Assembly: GCA_934121925.1 (NCBI GenBank)
Contig: CAKOVK010000004.1
Coordinates: 1,899-65,898 of the forward strand
Direction: 5' to 3'
DNA from: an uncultured Clostridia bacterium
Lineage (GTDB): Bacteria > Bacillota > Clostridia > TANB77 > CAG-508
Length of the DNA: 64,000 nucleotides
This document shows positions 34,246 through 43,605 of the stretch, in pieces. Below the pieces are notes generated by a model, which was given only the letters and a program-made list of their open reading frames with translations, did no database searches and had not been told where the DNA came from. Positions within the stretch are counted from its first letter, which is position 1, and the number at the start of each line of letters is the position of its first letter. A program made the translations under genes and the position numbers.

Positions 34246-34383
34246 TTAATTAAAACGGAATAAATGGGAAGGCCTCCTTTTGTTTGAATTTAAACAAAAG
34301 TGATCTGTTTTATTTCTTCCACAAAAATTTAATTAAGACTTCATAAATAAATAATAAAGTAGTATAATAAAAAAGAGGTTTTT

Positions 34384-35223
34384 ATGAAAAAGATTAATCT
34401 TAAAGAAAAATATAAGTTAATACAGAAGTTATCTGCAAACATGAAAAAAGATCATGTAAGTGAATGTTCAGCAGAATGCTCTTATTATACAATACTATCA
34501 TTTATACCATTTATAATATTGCTAATAACATTAATACAATATACAAATATAGCTCCTCAAACTTTATTTGAAGCTATATCTAGAATAATTCCATCAAGTA
34601 TGAATGAAATGGTTTTAGGAATAGTGCAAGAAGCTTATTCCAAATCACTAGGCACGGTATCTATTTCAATTATTTTTACAATATGGGTAGCAGGAAGAGG
34701 ACTTTTTGCACTAACAAAAGGATTGCAATTTGTTTATCATGTTGATAACGAAGAAAAGGCTTCATATATATATTTAAGAGTAAAAGCAATTATAGAAACA
34801 ATACTATTTATTATTTTAATTGTTGTTGGTCTAGTATTATTAGTTTTTGGTAATAGTCTTAGAGAAATTATACAAGAACATTTTGGCTGCTTAAGAAATT
34901 ATAATATATGGTCATCTATATTGACAGGGATAGGGTTTATACTAGCAACATTTTTAATATTTATTTTGCTTTATAAATATATACCTAAAAATAAAGTAAC
35001 ATTTAAAAGCCAAATATATGGAGCTCTGTTTGGAGCAATTGCGCTTAATGCAGTATCATTTGTATTTTCTAAATATTTAGATATATTTAAAGGATTTTCT
35101 ATAACATATGGAAGTTTAACTACATTAATGTTAATTATGATGTGGACTTATTCTTGCTTTTATACAGTATTCTTAGGTGCTGAATTAAATAAGTTAATAA
35201 ATCAAAAAGAAAAAAATATATAA
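34384..35223 (+). CDS. YihY/BrkB-family membrane protein
   Basis: 279 aa, 6 TM. SYYTILSFIPFIILL and a C-terminal GAELN motif are characteristic of YihY. Confidence 0.8.
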   Translation: MKKINLKEKYKLIQKLSANMKKDHVSECSAECSYYTILSFIPFIILLITLIQYTNIAPQTLFEAISRIIPSSMNEMVLGIVQEAYSKSLGTVSISIIFTIWVAGRGLFALTKGLQFVYHVDNEEKASYIYLRVKAIIETILFIILIVVGLVLLVFGNSLREIIQEHFGCLRNYNIWSSILTGIGFILATFLIFILLYKYIPKNKVTFKSQIYGALFGAIALNAVSFVFSKYLDIFKGFSITYGSLTTLMLIMMWTYSCFYTVFLGAELNKLINQKEKNI

Positions 35224-35224
35224 G

Positions 35225-35254
35225 AAAATCCTGCCATATTGTTGGCAGGATTTT
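35225..35254. terminator. bidirectional terminator AAAATCCTGCCA-N6-TGGCAGGATTTT
   Basis: Perfect 12-bp stem flanked by A/T runs, between convergent genes. Confidence 0.88.
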
Positions 35255-35260
35255 AAAGGA

Positions 35261-35617
35261 TCATATTAAGTTGTAACGAGTGTCCAACATTTCGTACACT
35301 TCATTTCTTAACTCTTCTGGCAATTCTTTTGCCGCCTCCCTATAATACTCATCATCCAAAATTTTAATAGAAGAATAATAGAGGTCTTCAGCCTTTTTTC
35401 TTAAGGCTTCTCGAGCATCTTTATTTTCAATAGATCTTGCTTCATAATATAGTTTCCGGGCATCAAACATACCTTCATAAGCATACTTTACTGGCCAATA
35501 AATTGAGCAATACTTATTTATTTTCCTTTCGCGAGTAAAATAAGTTACTACAAAATAAAGAGCTAAAGAGATTACAAGTATAATGACAAAAAAGTTAAAA
35601 TAGAAAAATAAGCGCAT
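35261..35617 (-). CDS. hypothetical N-terminally membrane-anchored protein (118 aa)
   Basis: SD AGGAGG on the - strand, one TM, then a helical charged domain. Contains the only zero-frame-readable CGG in the window (35455-57 on +). Also uses CGC x2, CGA and CGT. Confidence 0.6.
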   Translation of the reverse strand: MRLFFYFNFFVIILVISLALYFVVTYFTRERKINKYCSIYWPVKYAYEGMFDARKLYYEARSIENKDAREALRKKAEDLYYSSIKILDDEYYREAAKELPEELRNEVYEMLDTRYNLI

Positions 35618-35819
35618 AAATCCTCCTAAAATAAAGATATAATTATTTTTATTTCGCTATATCTGCGAAAGGATGTAAATTAATAATACTATTAATTTAC
35701 ATAAAAGTCAAATTTAGAATCAAAAACAAAATAAATTATCTATTAATATGTTGAAAAAAAGAAAGGCATATGTTAATATTTAAACGGTGAGAATTAGTTA
35801 ACAACGAATAGTGAACAAT

Positions 35820-35854
35820 TATATACTAGGAAATTTTTCATTTCCTAGTATATA
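35820..35854. repeat. palindromic repeat element copy 2 (core only)
   Basis: TATATACTAGGAAAT-TTTTC-ATTTCCTAGTATATA, 47 nt upstream of the adhE ATG. Confidence 0.8.
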
Positions 35855-35900
35855 AAAACAATAAAGTACAAACTATTAAAATAAATAAGGAGGATGTAAA

Positions 35901-38507
35901 ATGGACAAAAATTACGAGACAGTAGATAGTATAGGAAACTTACAAAATACTATTACAAGAGTTAGAAAAGCACAAGAAGAATTCTCAAAATTTTCACAAG
36001 AAAAAGTTGATGAAATCTTTAAGGCTGCTGCAATTGCAGCAAATCAAGCAAGAATACCTCTTGCACAAATGGCTGTAAAAGAAACTGGTATGGGAGTGGT
36101 AGAAGACAAAATTATTAAAAACCATTATGCTGCTGAATATATTTATAACAAATATAAAAATGAAAAAACATGTGGAGTTGTAGAAGAAGACAACTATTAT
36201 GGTATAAAAAAAGTGTTAGAACCAATTGGAATAATTGGAGCAGTTATACCAACAACAAACCCAACATCAACGGCAATATTTAAAACATTAATTTGTTTAA
36301 AAACAAGAAACGGAATTATAATAAGCCCTCATCCAAGAGCTAAAGCTTCAACAATAGCAGCTGCAAAAGTTGTTTTAGAAGCAGCAGTAAAAGCAGGAGC
36401 TCCAGAAGGAATTATAGGATGGATAGATGTTCCTTCACTAGAACTTACAAATACATTAATGCAATCAGTAGATACAATATTAGCAACAGGTGGACCAGGT
36501 ATGGTTAAGTCTGCTTATTCAAGCGGAAAACCAGCACTTGGAGTTGGAGCAGGAAACACACCAGCAATTATAGATGAAAGTGCTGATGTTATATTAGCAG
36601 TAAACTCAATTATACATTCAAAAACATTTGATAATGGTATGATATGTGCTTCTGAGCAATCTGTAATTGTATTAGATAAAGTATATGAGGAAGTAAAAGC
36701 AGAATTTGCAAAAAGAGGTTGCTATATATTAAATAGTGAAGAAATAGAAAAAGTAAGAAAAACAATAATTATAAATGGTGCATTAAATGCCAAAATAGTT
36801 GGACAATCTGCTTATAATATTGCTAAACTTGCAGGAGTAGAAGTACCAGAAACAGCAAAAATATTAATAGGTGAAGTAGAAAGTGTAGATTTATCAGAAG
36901 AATTTGCACATGAAAAATTATCACCAGTTTTAGCAATGTATAAAGCAAAAGATTTTGAAGATGCATTAGCTAAAGCAAAACAACTTATAGCAGATGGAGG
37001 CTTAGGACATACTTCATCATTATATATAAATACACTTACACAAAAAGAAAAAATAGAAGAATTTTATAGTAATATGAAAACTTGTAGAGTACTTATAAAT
37101 ACTCCATCATCACAAGGAGGAATAGGAGATTTATATAACTTTAAATTAGCTCCATCTTTAACACTTGGTTGTGGTTCTTGGGGAGGAAACTCAGTATCAG
37201 AAAACGTTGGAATAAAACATTTATTAAATATAAAAACAGTTGCCGAAAGGAGAGAAAATATGCTTTGGTTTAGAGCACCTGAAAAGGTATATATAAAAAG
37301 AGGTTGCTTACCTGTAGCCTTAGAAGAATTAAAAAATGTAATGGATAAGAAAAAAGTATTTATAGTAACAGATACATTCTTATTTGAAAATGGTTATACA
37401 AAACCAATAACAGATAAATTAGATGAATTAGGAATAGCACACACAACATTTTCAAATGTAGCACCAGATCCAACACTTGCTTGTGCAATAGAAGGAACAA
37501 GAGCAATGAATGAATTTAAACCTGATGCAATAATTGCTGTCGGTGGTGGTAGTGCAATGGATGCTGGTAAAATTATGTGGGTTATGTATGAGCATCCAGA
37601 AGTTGATTTCTTAGATATGGCAATGAGATTTATGGATATAAGAAAAAGAGTTTATACATTCCCTAAAATGGGAGAAAAAGCTTACTTTATAGCAGTTCCA
37701 ACTTCAGCTGGTACTGGTTCAGAAGTTACACCTTTTGCTGTTATAACAGATGAAAAAACAGGAACTAAATATCCTTTAGCAGATTACGAATTATTACCAA
37801 AAATGGCAATAGTTGATTGCAATATGATGATGAATGCTCCAAAAGGATTAACATCAGCATCTGGTATAGACGCTGTAACTCACTGTCTAGAAGCATATGC
37901 TTCAATGATGGCTACTGAATATACAGACGGATTAGCTATTGAATCTTTAAAGAATATATTTAAATATTTACCAAGAGCTTATGAAAATGGAGCAAACGAT
38001 CCAGAGGCAAGAGAAAAAATGGCAAATGCAGCTACAATGGCTGGTATGGCTTTTGCAAATGCATTTTTAGGTGTATGTCACTCTATGGCTCATAAACTTG
38101 GTGCATTCCATCACATACCTCATGGAATTGCAAATGCATTAATGATTAATTATGTTTTAAGATTTAACAGTGCTGAAGTACCAACAAAAATGGGAACATT
38201 CCCACAATATGATCATCCACATACTTTAAGAAGATATGCAGAAGTAGCAGAAGCTTTAGGATTTGGTGGAGCAAATGATGAAGAAAGCCTAAACAATCTA
38301 ATAAAAGCAATTGATGAATTAAAAGAAAAAATAGGAATTAAGAAAACTATTAAAGATTATGGCGTTGATGAAAAAGATTTCTTAAACAGATTAGATGAAA
38401 TGTCAGAACAAGCATTTGATGATCAATGTACAGGTGCAAACCCAAGATACCCATTAATAAGTGAAATTAAAGATATGTATTTAAAAGCTTATTATGGAAA
38501 AGAATAA
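35901..38507 (+). CDS. adhE: bifunctional acetaldehyde-CoA / alcohol dehydrogenase
   Basis: 868 aa. N-terminal ALDH domain (catalytic Cys in MICASEQS) and C-terminal Fe-ADH domain (GGGSAMDAGK, His cluster HSMAHKLG). Confidence 0.95.
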   Translation: MDKNYETVDSIGNLQNTITRVRKAQEEFSKFSQEKVDEIFKAAAIAANQARIPLAQMAVKETGMGVVEDKIIKNHYAAEYIYNKYKNEKTCGVVEEDNYYGIKKVLEPIGIIGAVIPTTNPTSTAIFKTLICLKTRNGIIISPHPRAKASTIAAAKVVLEAAVKAGAPEGIIGWIDVPSLELTNTLMQSVDTILATGGPGMVKSAYSSGKPALGVGAGNTPAIIDESADVILAVNSIIHSKTFDNGMICASEQSVIVLDKVYEEVKAEFAKRGCYILNSEEIEKVRKTIIINGALNAKIVGQSAYNIAKLAGVEVPETAKILIGEVESVDLSEEFAHEKLSPVLAMYKAKDFEDALAKAKQLIADGGLGHTSSLYINTLTQKEKIEEFYSNMKTCRVLINTPSSQGGIGDLYNFKLAPSLTLGCGSWGGNSVSENVGIKHLLNIKTVAERRENMLWFRAPEKVYIKRGCLPVALEELKNVMDKKKVFIVTDTFLFENGYTKPITDKLDELGIAHTTFSNVAPDPTLACAIEGTRAMNEFKPDAIIAVGGGSAMDAGKIMWVMYEHPEVDFLDMAMRFMDIRKRVYTFPKMGEKAYFIAVPTSAGTGSEVTPFAVITDEKTGTKYPLADYELLPKMAIVDCNMMMNAPKGLTSASGIDAVTHCLEAYASMMATEYTDGLAIESLKNIFKYLPRAYENGANDPEAREKMANAATMAGMAFANAFLGVCHSMAHKLGAFHHIPHGIANALMINYVLRFNSAEVPTKMGTFPQYDHPHTLRRYAEVAEALGFGGANDEESLNNLIKAIDELKEKIGIKKTIKDYGVDEKDFLNRLDEMSEQAFDDQCTGANPRYPLISEIKDMYLKAYYGKE

Positions 38508-38530
38508 ATTCAAAAGAAAGGATGATAAAT

Positions 38531-39292
38531 ATGTGTTATAATCTAAATAATCCAATAGCACAAAGAAAAACAAAAACAGTTTATAAAGACAGTGATAAAA
38601 CTATAAAATTATTTGTAGAAAATTATTCAAAGGCAGATATACTTAACGAAGCTCTAAATCAAGCTAGAGTAGAAGAAGGAACTTCTCTAAATGTACCTAA
38701 ATTATTAGAAGTAACAAAAATAGATGGTAGATGGGGATTAGTTTCAGAACACATTGAAGGAACCCCTCTTAATAAACTAATGGAAGAACATCCAGAAAAA
38801 GAAGAAGAGTATTTAAATCTTTTTGTAGATACTCAAATGAAAATATTATCAAACTCAGTACCTTTACTAAATAGAATAAAGGATAAATTTAGAAGAAAAT
38901 TAAGTAATGCTGTAAACATAGATGAAAATACAAGATACGAATTAATGCAAAGATTAGAAGGAATGAAAAACCATACAAAGTTATGCCATGGAGATTTTAA
39001 TCCAAGCAACGTAATTGTAAAAGATAATGGAGAAGTATGTGTAATAGACTGGGCACACGTAACACAAGGAAATGCCTCAGCAGATGTTGCAAGAACATTC
39101 TTACTATTCTCAATTGAAGAAAAAAATGAACTAGCTGAAAAATATATTAATCTATTTTCAGAAAAATCTGGTATATCAAAAGCAAATATTCAAAGATGGA
39201 TACCAATAGTTGCAGCAACTCAAATGACTAAAGGAAAAGAAGAAGAACAAGAGTTTTTAAGCAATTGGATAAACGTTGTAGATTATGAGTAA
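38531..39292 (+). CDS. aminoglycoside/choline-kinase-like phosphotransferase (APH family)
   Basis: HGDFNPSNVIV catalytic loop and IDW metal-binding motif. ATG 38531 after AAAGGA. Confidence 0.75.
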   Translation: MCYNLNNPIAQRKTKTVYKDSDKTIKLFVENYSKADILNEALNQARVEEGTSLNVPKLLEVTKIDGRWGLVSEHIEGTPLNKLMEEHPEKEEEYLNLFVDTQMKILSNSVPLLNRIKDKFRRKLSNAVNIDENTRYELMQRLEGMKNHTKLCHGDFNPSNVIVKDNGEVCVIDWAHVTQGNASADVARTFLLFSIEEKNELAEKYINLFSEKSGISKANIQRWIPIVAATQMTKGKEEEQEFLSNWINVVDYE

Positions 39293-39296
39293 ACAT

Positions 39297-39392
39297 ATAT
39301 TTGAATTTTCGAATGAAATGATAAAATCTCAGAGATAATAGCAATTATAGTACTATTTATATACTAGGAAATTCTTCATTTCCTAGTATATA
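39297..39392 (-). repeat. palindromic repeat element copy 3 (tail plus core, inverted relative to copy 1)
   Basis: Core TATATACTAGGAAAT-TCTTC-ATTTCCTAGTATATA at 39358-39392. The upstream 60 nt equal the reverse complement of the copy 1 tail at about 78% identity. Confidence 0.8.
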
Positions 39393-39454
39393 AATAAATG
39401 GTAAAGTGAATAGTCTTTACTGTAGCTTTGTCATTTCTTGTCGAATATTTATTC

Positions 39455-39483
39455 TTGAAATTTGCTTAATAATCTAATATAAT
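39455..39483 (+). promoter_or_regulatory. sigma-A promoter (TTGAAA-17-TATAAT)
   Basis: TTGAAA 39455-60 and TATAAT 39478-83. Overlaps the 5' edge of the toxin remnant. Confidence 0.55.
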
Positions 39484-39738
39484 TATAACAATCTGTATTT
39501 ATATTCATTCTATAAAAGAAAATATAGTCCTCATTCTGCAAAGGAATTCTTTAAAGATTTTAATTCTAAAATTCAATCTTTATCTTTATTTCCATATATG
39601 TATCCAAAATTATTATCTGATAATTCATATAGAAAAATTTTATTTAACAAAAAATATATTATTTTATACACTATTTATAACAATAACATATATATAGATT
39701 CAGTTTTCTATTGCGGTCAAGATTATTTAAAATTATAA
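39478..39738 (+). pseudogene. RelE/ParE-family toxin remnant (N-terminus, start codon and antitoxin missing)
   Basis: Open frame …LYLYSFYKRKYSPHSAKEFFKDFNSKIQSLSLFPYMYPKLLSDNSYRKILFNKKYIILYTIYNNNIYIDSVFYCGQDYLKL*. It follows the ParE/RelE pattern (A..F...I...I..L..FP....... YR.........I.Y.I.....I.I..V.....DY). No ATG/GTG/TTG upstream of the internal Met. Confidence 0.6.
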
Positions 39739-39887
39739 AATGCAAACAAAGAATTGGCGGCTATTGTGGACTCTATTGGTTTGTAAAATTTTATAGACTT
39801 TTTGTAGCTAATATGATATATTATATAAGAATTAAGAGAAGAACAAGAATACGTGATAATAAATATATTAATAGAAGAGGCGAAAAA

Positions 39888-40685
39888 ATGTTATTCAAGA
39901 ATGCTGATCAAGTAACTCCTTGTGGAATGTTTTCATTAGGACATTTAATATTGTTTACAATAACTATGATAAGCGTAGTAATTGCATTAAAAAAAACAAG
40001 ACATGTTAAACAAGATAATGTAAAAAAAATAATAAGAAAAAGTACTATAATTTTATGGATATTGGAAATAATTAAAATTGTATTCAATATTAAAAACTAT
40101 GGTTTTAAAGAAGTAAACAAATATGTACCGCTATATTTTTGCAGTTTGGTACTATATGCGGGTATATTTAGTGGCTTTTGCAAAGGCACTTTAAAAAGAA
40201 TTGGAGATGTATTCCTTTCAACAGGAGGAATAGTAGCAGGAATGATCTTTTTAATATCACCGTTAACATCGTTAACAACTTATCCAGCAATACATTTTAT
40301 AAGTTTACACAGTTGCTTATTACATGGAACAATGGTTTATATAGGGATATTAATGTTAATAACAGGATATGTAAAAATAGAAAAGAAAGACATAATATAT
40401 TACTCTGCGCTAATAGTAATAATTAGTGTTATTGCATATATAGTAAATGAATTTTGTGGTAGCAATTTAATGTTCATATCACAAAACTATCCGGGAACAT
40501 TTTTAGAAATAATATATGATTTTTCTGGAAAATTATTTCCTTTAATTATGGTTGGAGTTCAAGCAACATTGCCATTCTGCTTAGTATATGAAATTTATAC
40601 TAGCATATTAGATAAAAAAGCAAATAAATATAAATTAGACATTTTAGATAGGTCGGAAGAGGATAAAGAAGTATATATGAACTAA
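39888..40685 (+). CDS. integral membrane protein (YwaF/TIGR02206-like)
   Basis: ATG 39888 after GAAGAGG. The track start 39711 runs through the toxin remnant and is not credible. About 7 TM segments. Confidence 0.55.
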   Translation: MLFKNADQVTPCGMFSLGHLILFTITMISVVIALKKTRHVKQDNVKKIIRKSTIILWILEIIKIVFNIKNYGFKEVNKYVPLYFCSLVLYAGIFSGFCKGTLKRIGDVFLSTGGIVAGMIFLISPLTSLTTYPAIHFISLHSCLLHGTMVYIGILMLITGYVKIEKKDIIYYSALIVIISVIAYIVNEFCGSNLMFISQNYPGTFLEIIYDFSGKLFPLIMVGVQATLPFCLVYEIYTSILDKKANKYKLDILDRSEEDKEVYMN

Positions 40686-40838
40686 AAAATAAAAATGATT
40701 TAGTTTCCAATTTATGTTTTCAAATAAAGTGAGAAAGTTTCAAAAGCAATACTTATTATAGGTTTTTATTTATATAATAGAAATGAAAAAATTTCTATTA
40801 TAAAAAAATAATAATAATATTTTAAGGAGGAACGAAAG

Positions 40839-41915
40839 ATGGAAAGAAAAGTTAAAGTTGTACAAATAGGTACAGGAAAAATGGCAAAATATACAATGAG
40901 GTATGTTTTGGAAAAAGGTGGAGAAGTAGTAGGTGCAATCGATGTAAACCCAGCTGTCATAGGAAAAGATATAGGAGAAATAATTGGAGGACAAGACCTA
41001 GGAGTAAAAGTAACTGACTTAAAAGATGCAGAAGAAATGCTAAAACAAGTAAAACCAGATATATGTATAGTAGAAACAATGAGCTTATTAAAAGATGTAG
41101 AAGAACCACTTATGCTATGTGCAAAATTAGGAATAAATGCAGTTTCAACTTGTGAAGAAGCATTTTATTCTTGGAATTCAAATCCAAATTTAACTAAAAA
41201 AATAGATGAATTAGCAAAACAAACAGGATGTACAATAGTAGGAACAGGATACCAAGATATATATTGGGGACAACTAATAACAAGCATCTGTGGATCAACA
41301 CAAAAAATAACAAAAATAAAAGGCAGCTCAAGCTACAATGTAGAAGATTATGGAATAGCTCTTGCAAATGCACATGGAGCAGGATTGACATTAGAGGAGT
41401 TTGATAAACAAGTTGCATCAGTAGATAAAATAAGTGATGAAGAGAGACAAAAAATTATAGAAAGTGGAGAGTATTTACCATCATATATGTGGAATACAAA
41501 TGGATGGTTATGCGATAAATTAGGGCTAACAATAAAATCACAAACACAAGTAACAGTTCCAACAACAAATAAAGAAGATATTTATTCAGAAACATTAGGA
41601 GTGACAGTAAAAGCAGGAGATGCAACAGGAATGAGCGCAATAGTTACAACTGAAACAGAAGAAGGAATAACAATAGAGTCAGAATGTATTGGAAAAGTAT
41701 ATTCAAAAGAAGATTTTGATAAAAATGAATGGTCAGTATATGGAGAACCAGATACAACAATAACAGTTGCAAGACCAGCAACAGTAGAACTAACATGTGC
41801 AACAGTAGTAAATAGAATACCAGATATAATAAATGCAAGACCAGGCTTTGTACCAACAGCAGAAATAGGAGAATTAAACTTTAAAACAAAGGCATTAAAT
41901 GAATATGTAAAATAA
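40839..41915 (+). CDS. NAD(P)-dependent amine dehydrogenase, DapB-like fold (2,4-diaminopentanoate dehydrogenase-like)
   Basis: N-terminal Rossmann VKVVQIGTGKMAKY, 358 aa, SD AAGGAGG. Confidence 0.5.
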   Translation: MERKVKVVQIGTGKMAKYTMRYVLEKGGEVVGAIDVNPAVIGKDIGEIIGGQDLGVKVTDLKDAEEMLKQVKPDICIVETMSLLKDVEEPLMLCAKLGINAVSTCEEAFYSWNSNPNLTKKIDELAKQTGCTIVGTGYQDIYWGQLITSICGSTQKITKIKGSSSYNVEDYGIALANAHGAGLTLEEFDKQVASVDKISDEERQKIIESGEYLPSYMWNTNGWLCDKLGLTIKSQTQVTVPTTNKEDIYSETLGVTVKAGDATGMSAIVTTETEEGITIESECIGKVYSKEDFDKNEWSVYGEPDTTITVARPATVELTCATVVNRIPDIINARPGFVPTAEIGELNFKTKALNEYVK

Positions 41916-41925
41916 TTTAACAACG

Positions 41926-41951
41926 AAAAAAAGGGGGATAACCCCTTTTTT
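41926..41951. terminator. terminator AAAAAAAGGGGG-ATAA-CCCCTTTTTT
   Basis: GC core flanked by symmetric A/T runs. Confidence 0.8.
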
Positions 41952-42072
41952 CATTGTTAAATAGTTTCTTTTGAGTAGCCACAGAACTTGCAAACATTTT
42001 AATAAATATTTAAAATAAAATTGAGAATTAAAAAATAATATGATATAAATAAAGCAAGAAAGGGTCGATTTT

Positions 42073-42759
42073 ATGGAAAATAAAATTAGACAAGATTTGT
42101 TTGAAATGCAAGATCTGAAATACAAAGAATTTCATGGAAGTTTATGTCCAGACATGGATAATATTATTGGCGTTAGAATTCCGAGACTACGTGAATATGC
42201 AAAAGAACTATATAAAAGCAATAATTTGAAAGATATAAAAATCGAAGATAAATATTATGAAGAGTTAGTAATTCAAGGGATGTTAATAGGCTTTCAAACA
42301 AAAGAGCCAATAGAAGAAGTAATAAAACAAGTAGAAGAATTTGTCCCTAAAATAAACAGCTGGGCTGTTTGCGATACTTTTTGCGCTGGACTAAAAATAA
42401 CAAAAAAACATCAACCAGAAATGTTCGAAGTTATAAAACAGTATTTAAAATCAAAACAAGAATATGAAGTACGTTTTGCTATTGTAATGCTTTTAGATTA
42501 TTATATAAAAGACAAATATATAGACCAAATGCTACAAATACTAGACAATGTAAAATTAGATAAGTATTATGTGCAAATGGCAAATGCTTGGGCAATTTCA
42601 ATATGTTTAATAAAATACTATAATAAAACATTAGATTTTTTGAAAATAACTAAAATAGATGATTTTACATATAATAAGGGGATTCAAAAAGCAATAGAAT
42701 CTTATAGAATAACAAACGAACAAAAGGAATATTTAAGAACTTTAAAGAGGAGAAGATAA
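42073..42759 (+). CDS. DNA alkylation repair protein (AlkD-like HEAT-repeat family)
   Basis: 228 aa. YKEFHGSLCP...IGVRIPRLREYAKEL...WAVCDTFC is typical of the family. Confidence 0.75.
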   Translation: MENKIRQDLFEMQDLKYKEFHGSLCPDMDNIIGVRIPRLREYAKELYKSNNLKDIKIEDKYYEELVIQGMLIGFQTKEPIEEVIKQVEEFVPKINSWAVCDTFCAGLKITKKHQPEMFEVIKQYLKSKQEYEVRFAIVMLLDYYIKDKYIDQMLQILDNVKLDKYYVQMANAWAISICLIKYYNKTLDFLKITKIDDFTYNKGIQKAIESYRITNEQKEYLRTLKRRR

Positions 42760-42760
42760 A

Positions 42761-43591
42761 ATGAAAAGAATTGTAACAATACAAGATATATCATGCGTAG
42801 GAAAATGCTCACTTACTGTGGCACTTCCAATAATATCCGCAATGGGAATAGAAACAGCAGTTATTCCAACAGCGGTACTTTCAACACATACAGCATTTAA
42901 GAATTTTACATACAGAGATTTAACTAACGATTTGCCTAAAATTGCAAGCCACTGGAAACAAGAAAAATTTAACTTTGATGGGATTTATACAGGATACTTA
43001 GGATCAATAGAACAAATAGATATGCTAAAAGAATTTTTTAAACAGTTTAAAACATCAGAGAATTTTATATTTATAGATCCTGTTATGGCAGACAATGGCA
43101 AACTATATGCAGGATTTGATACAAATTTTGTTAAAGAAATGAAAGAACTTTGTAAAACGGCAGATATAATAGTTCCAAATATTACAGAAGCAAGCTATAT
43201 GCTAGAAAAAGAATATAAAGAAAATTATAGCGAAGAAGAAATAAAACATATGTTAATAGAGTTAAGCAATTTAGGGCCTAAATATGTTGTTTTAACAGGT
43301 GTAAGCTTTAAAGATAATGAACTGGGAGTAATGTCATATAACAAAGAAACTAATAAATTCTTTACATATTTTAAAGAAAAAGTACCTGCCAAATACCATG
43401 GAACAGGGGATATTTTTGCTAGTACATTAGTGGGAGCAATAACTAATAATAATACAATAGAAGAAGGATTAAAAATTGCAGTAGATTATGTTTGGAAAAC
43501 AATTAATGATACATATAAAACAAATAAAGAAGATGCATATGGAGTAAACTTTGAAACCAAGATACCATATCTAATAAATAGAATAAAGTAA
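42761..43591 (+). CDS. pdxK: pyridoxal/pyridoxamine kinase
   Basis: IQDISCVGKCSL N-terminus. GTGDIFAS ribokinase-fold anion hole. Confidence 0.85.
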   Translation: MKRIVTIQDISCVGKCSLTVALPIISAMGIETAVIPTAVLSTHTAFKNFTYRDLTNDLPKIASHWKQEKFNFDGIYTGYLGSIEQIDMLKEFFKQFKTSENFIFIDPVMADNGKLYAGFDTNFVKEMKELCKTADIIVPNITEASYMLEKEYKENYSEEEIKHMLIELSNLGPKYVVLTGVSFKDNELGVMSYNKETNKFFTYFKEKVPAKYHGTGDIFASTLVGAITNNNTIEEGLKIAVDYVWKTINDTYKTNKEDAYGVNFETKIPYLINRIK

Positions 43592-43605
43592 TATAGGAGC
43601 ACAAA

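Noticed and set aside
35775-35812. Possible Rex operator (TTGTTAA-N4-TTAACAA) upstream of adhE.
   Set aside because: Only the right half-site (TTAACAA at about 35800) is present. The left half (GTGAGAA) matches 3-4 of 7 positions. This is too weak to call.
40178-40426. 82-aa alternative-frame ORF inside the YwaF-like membrane protein gene.
   Set aside because: It is on the same strand, out of frame with a coherent multi-TM protein. It has no SD and gives a basic, low-complexity translation.
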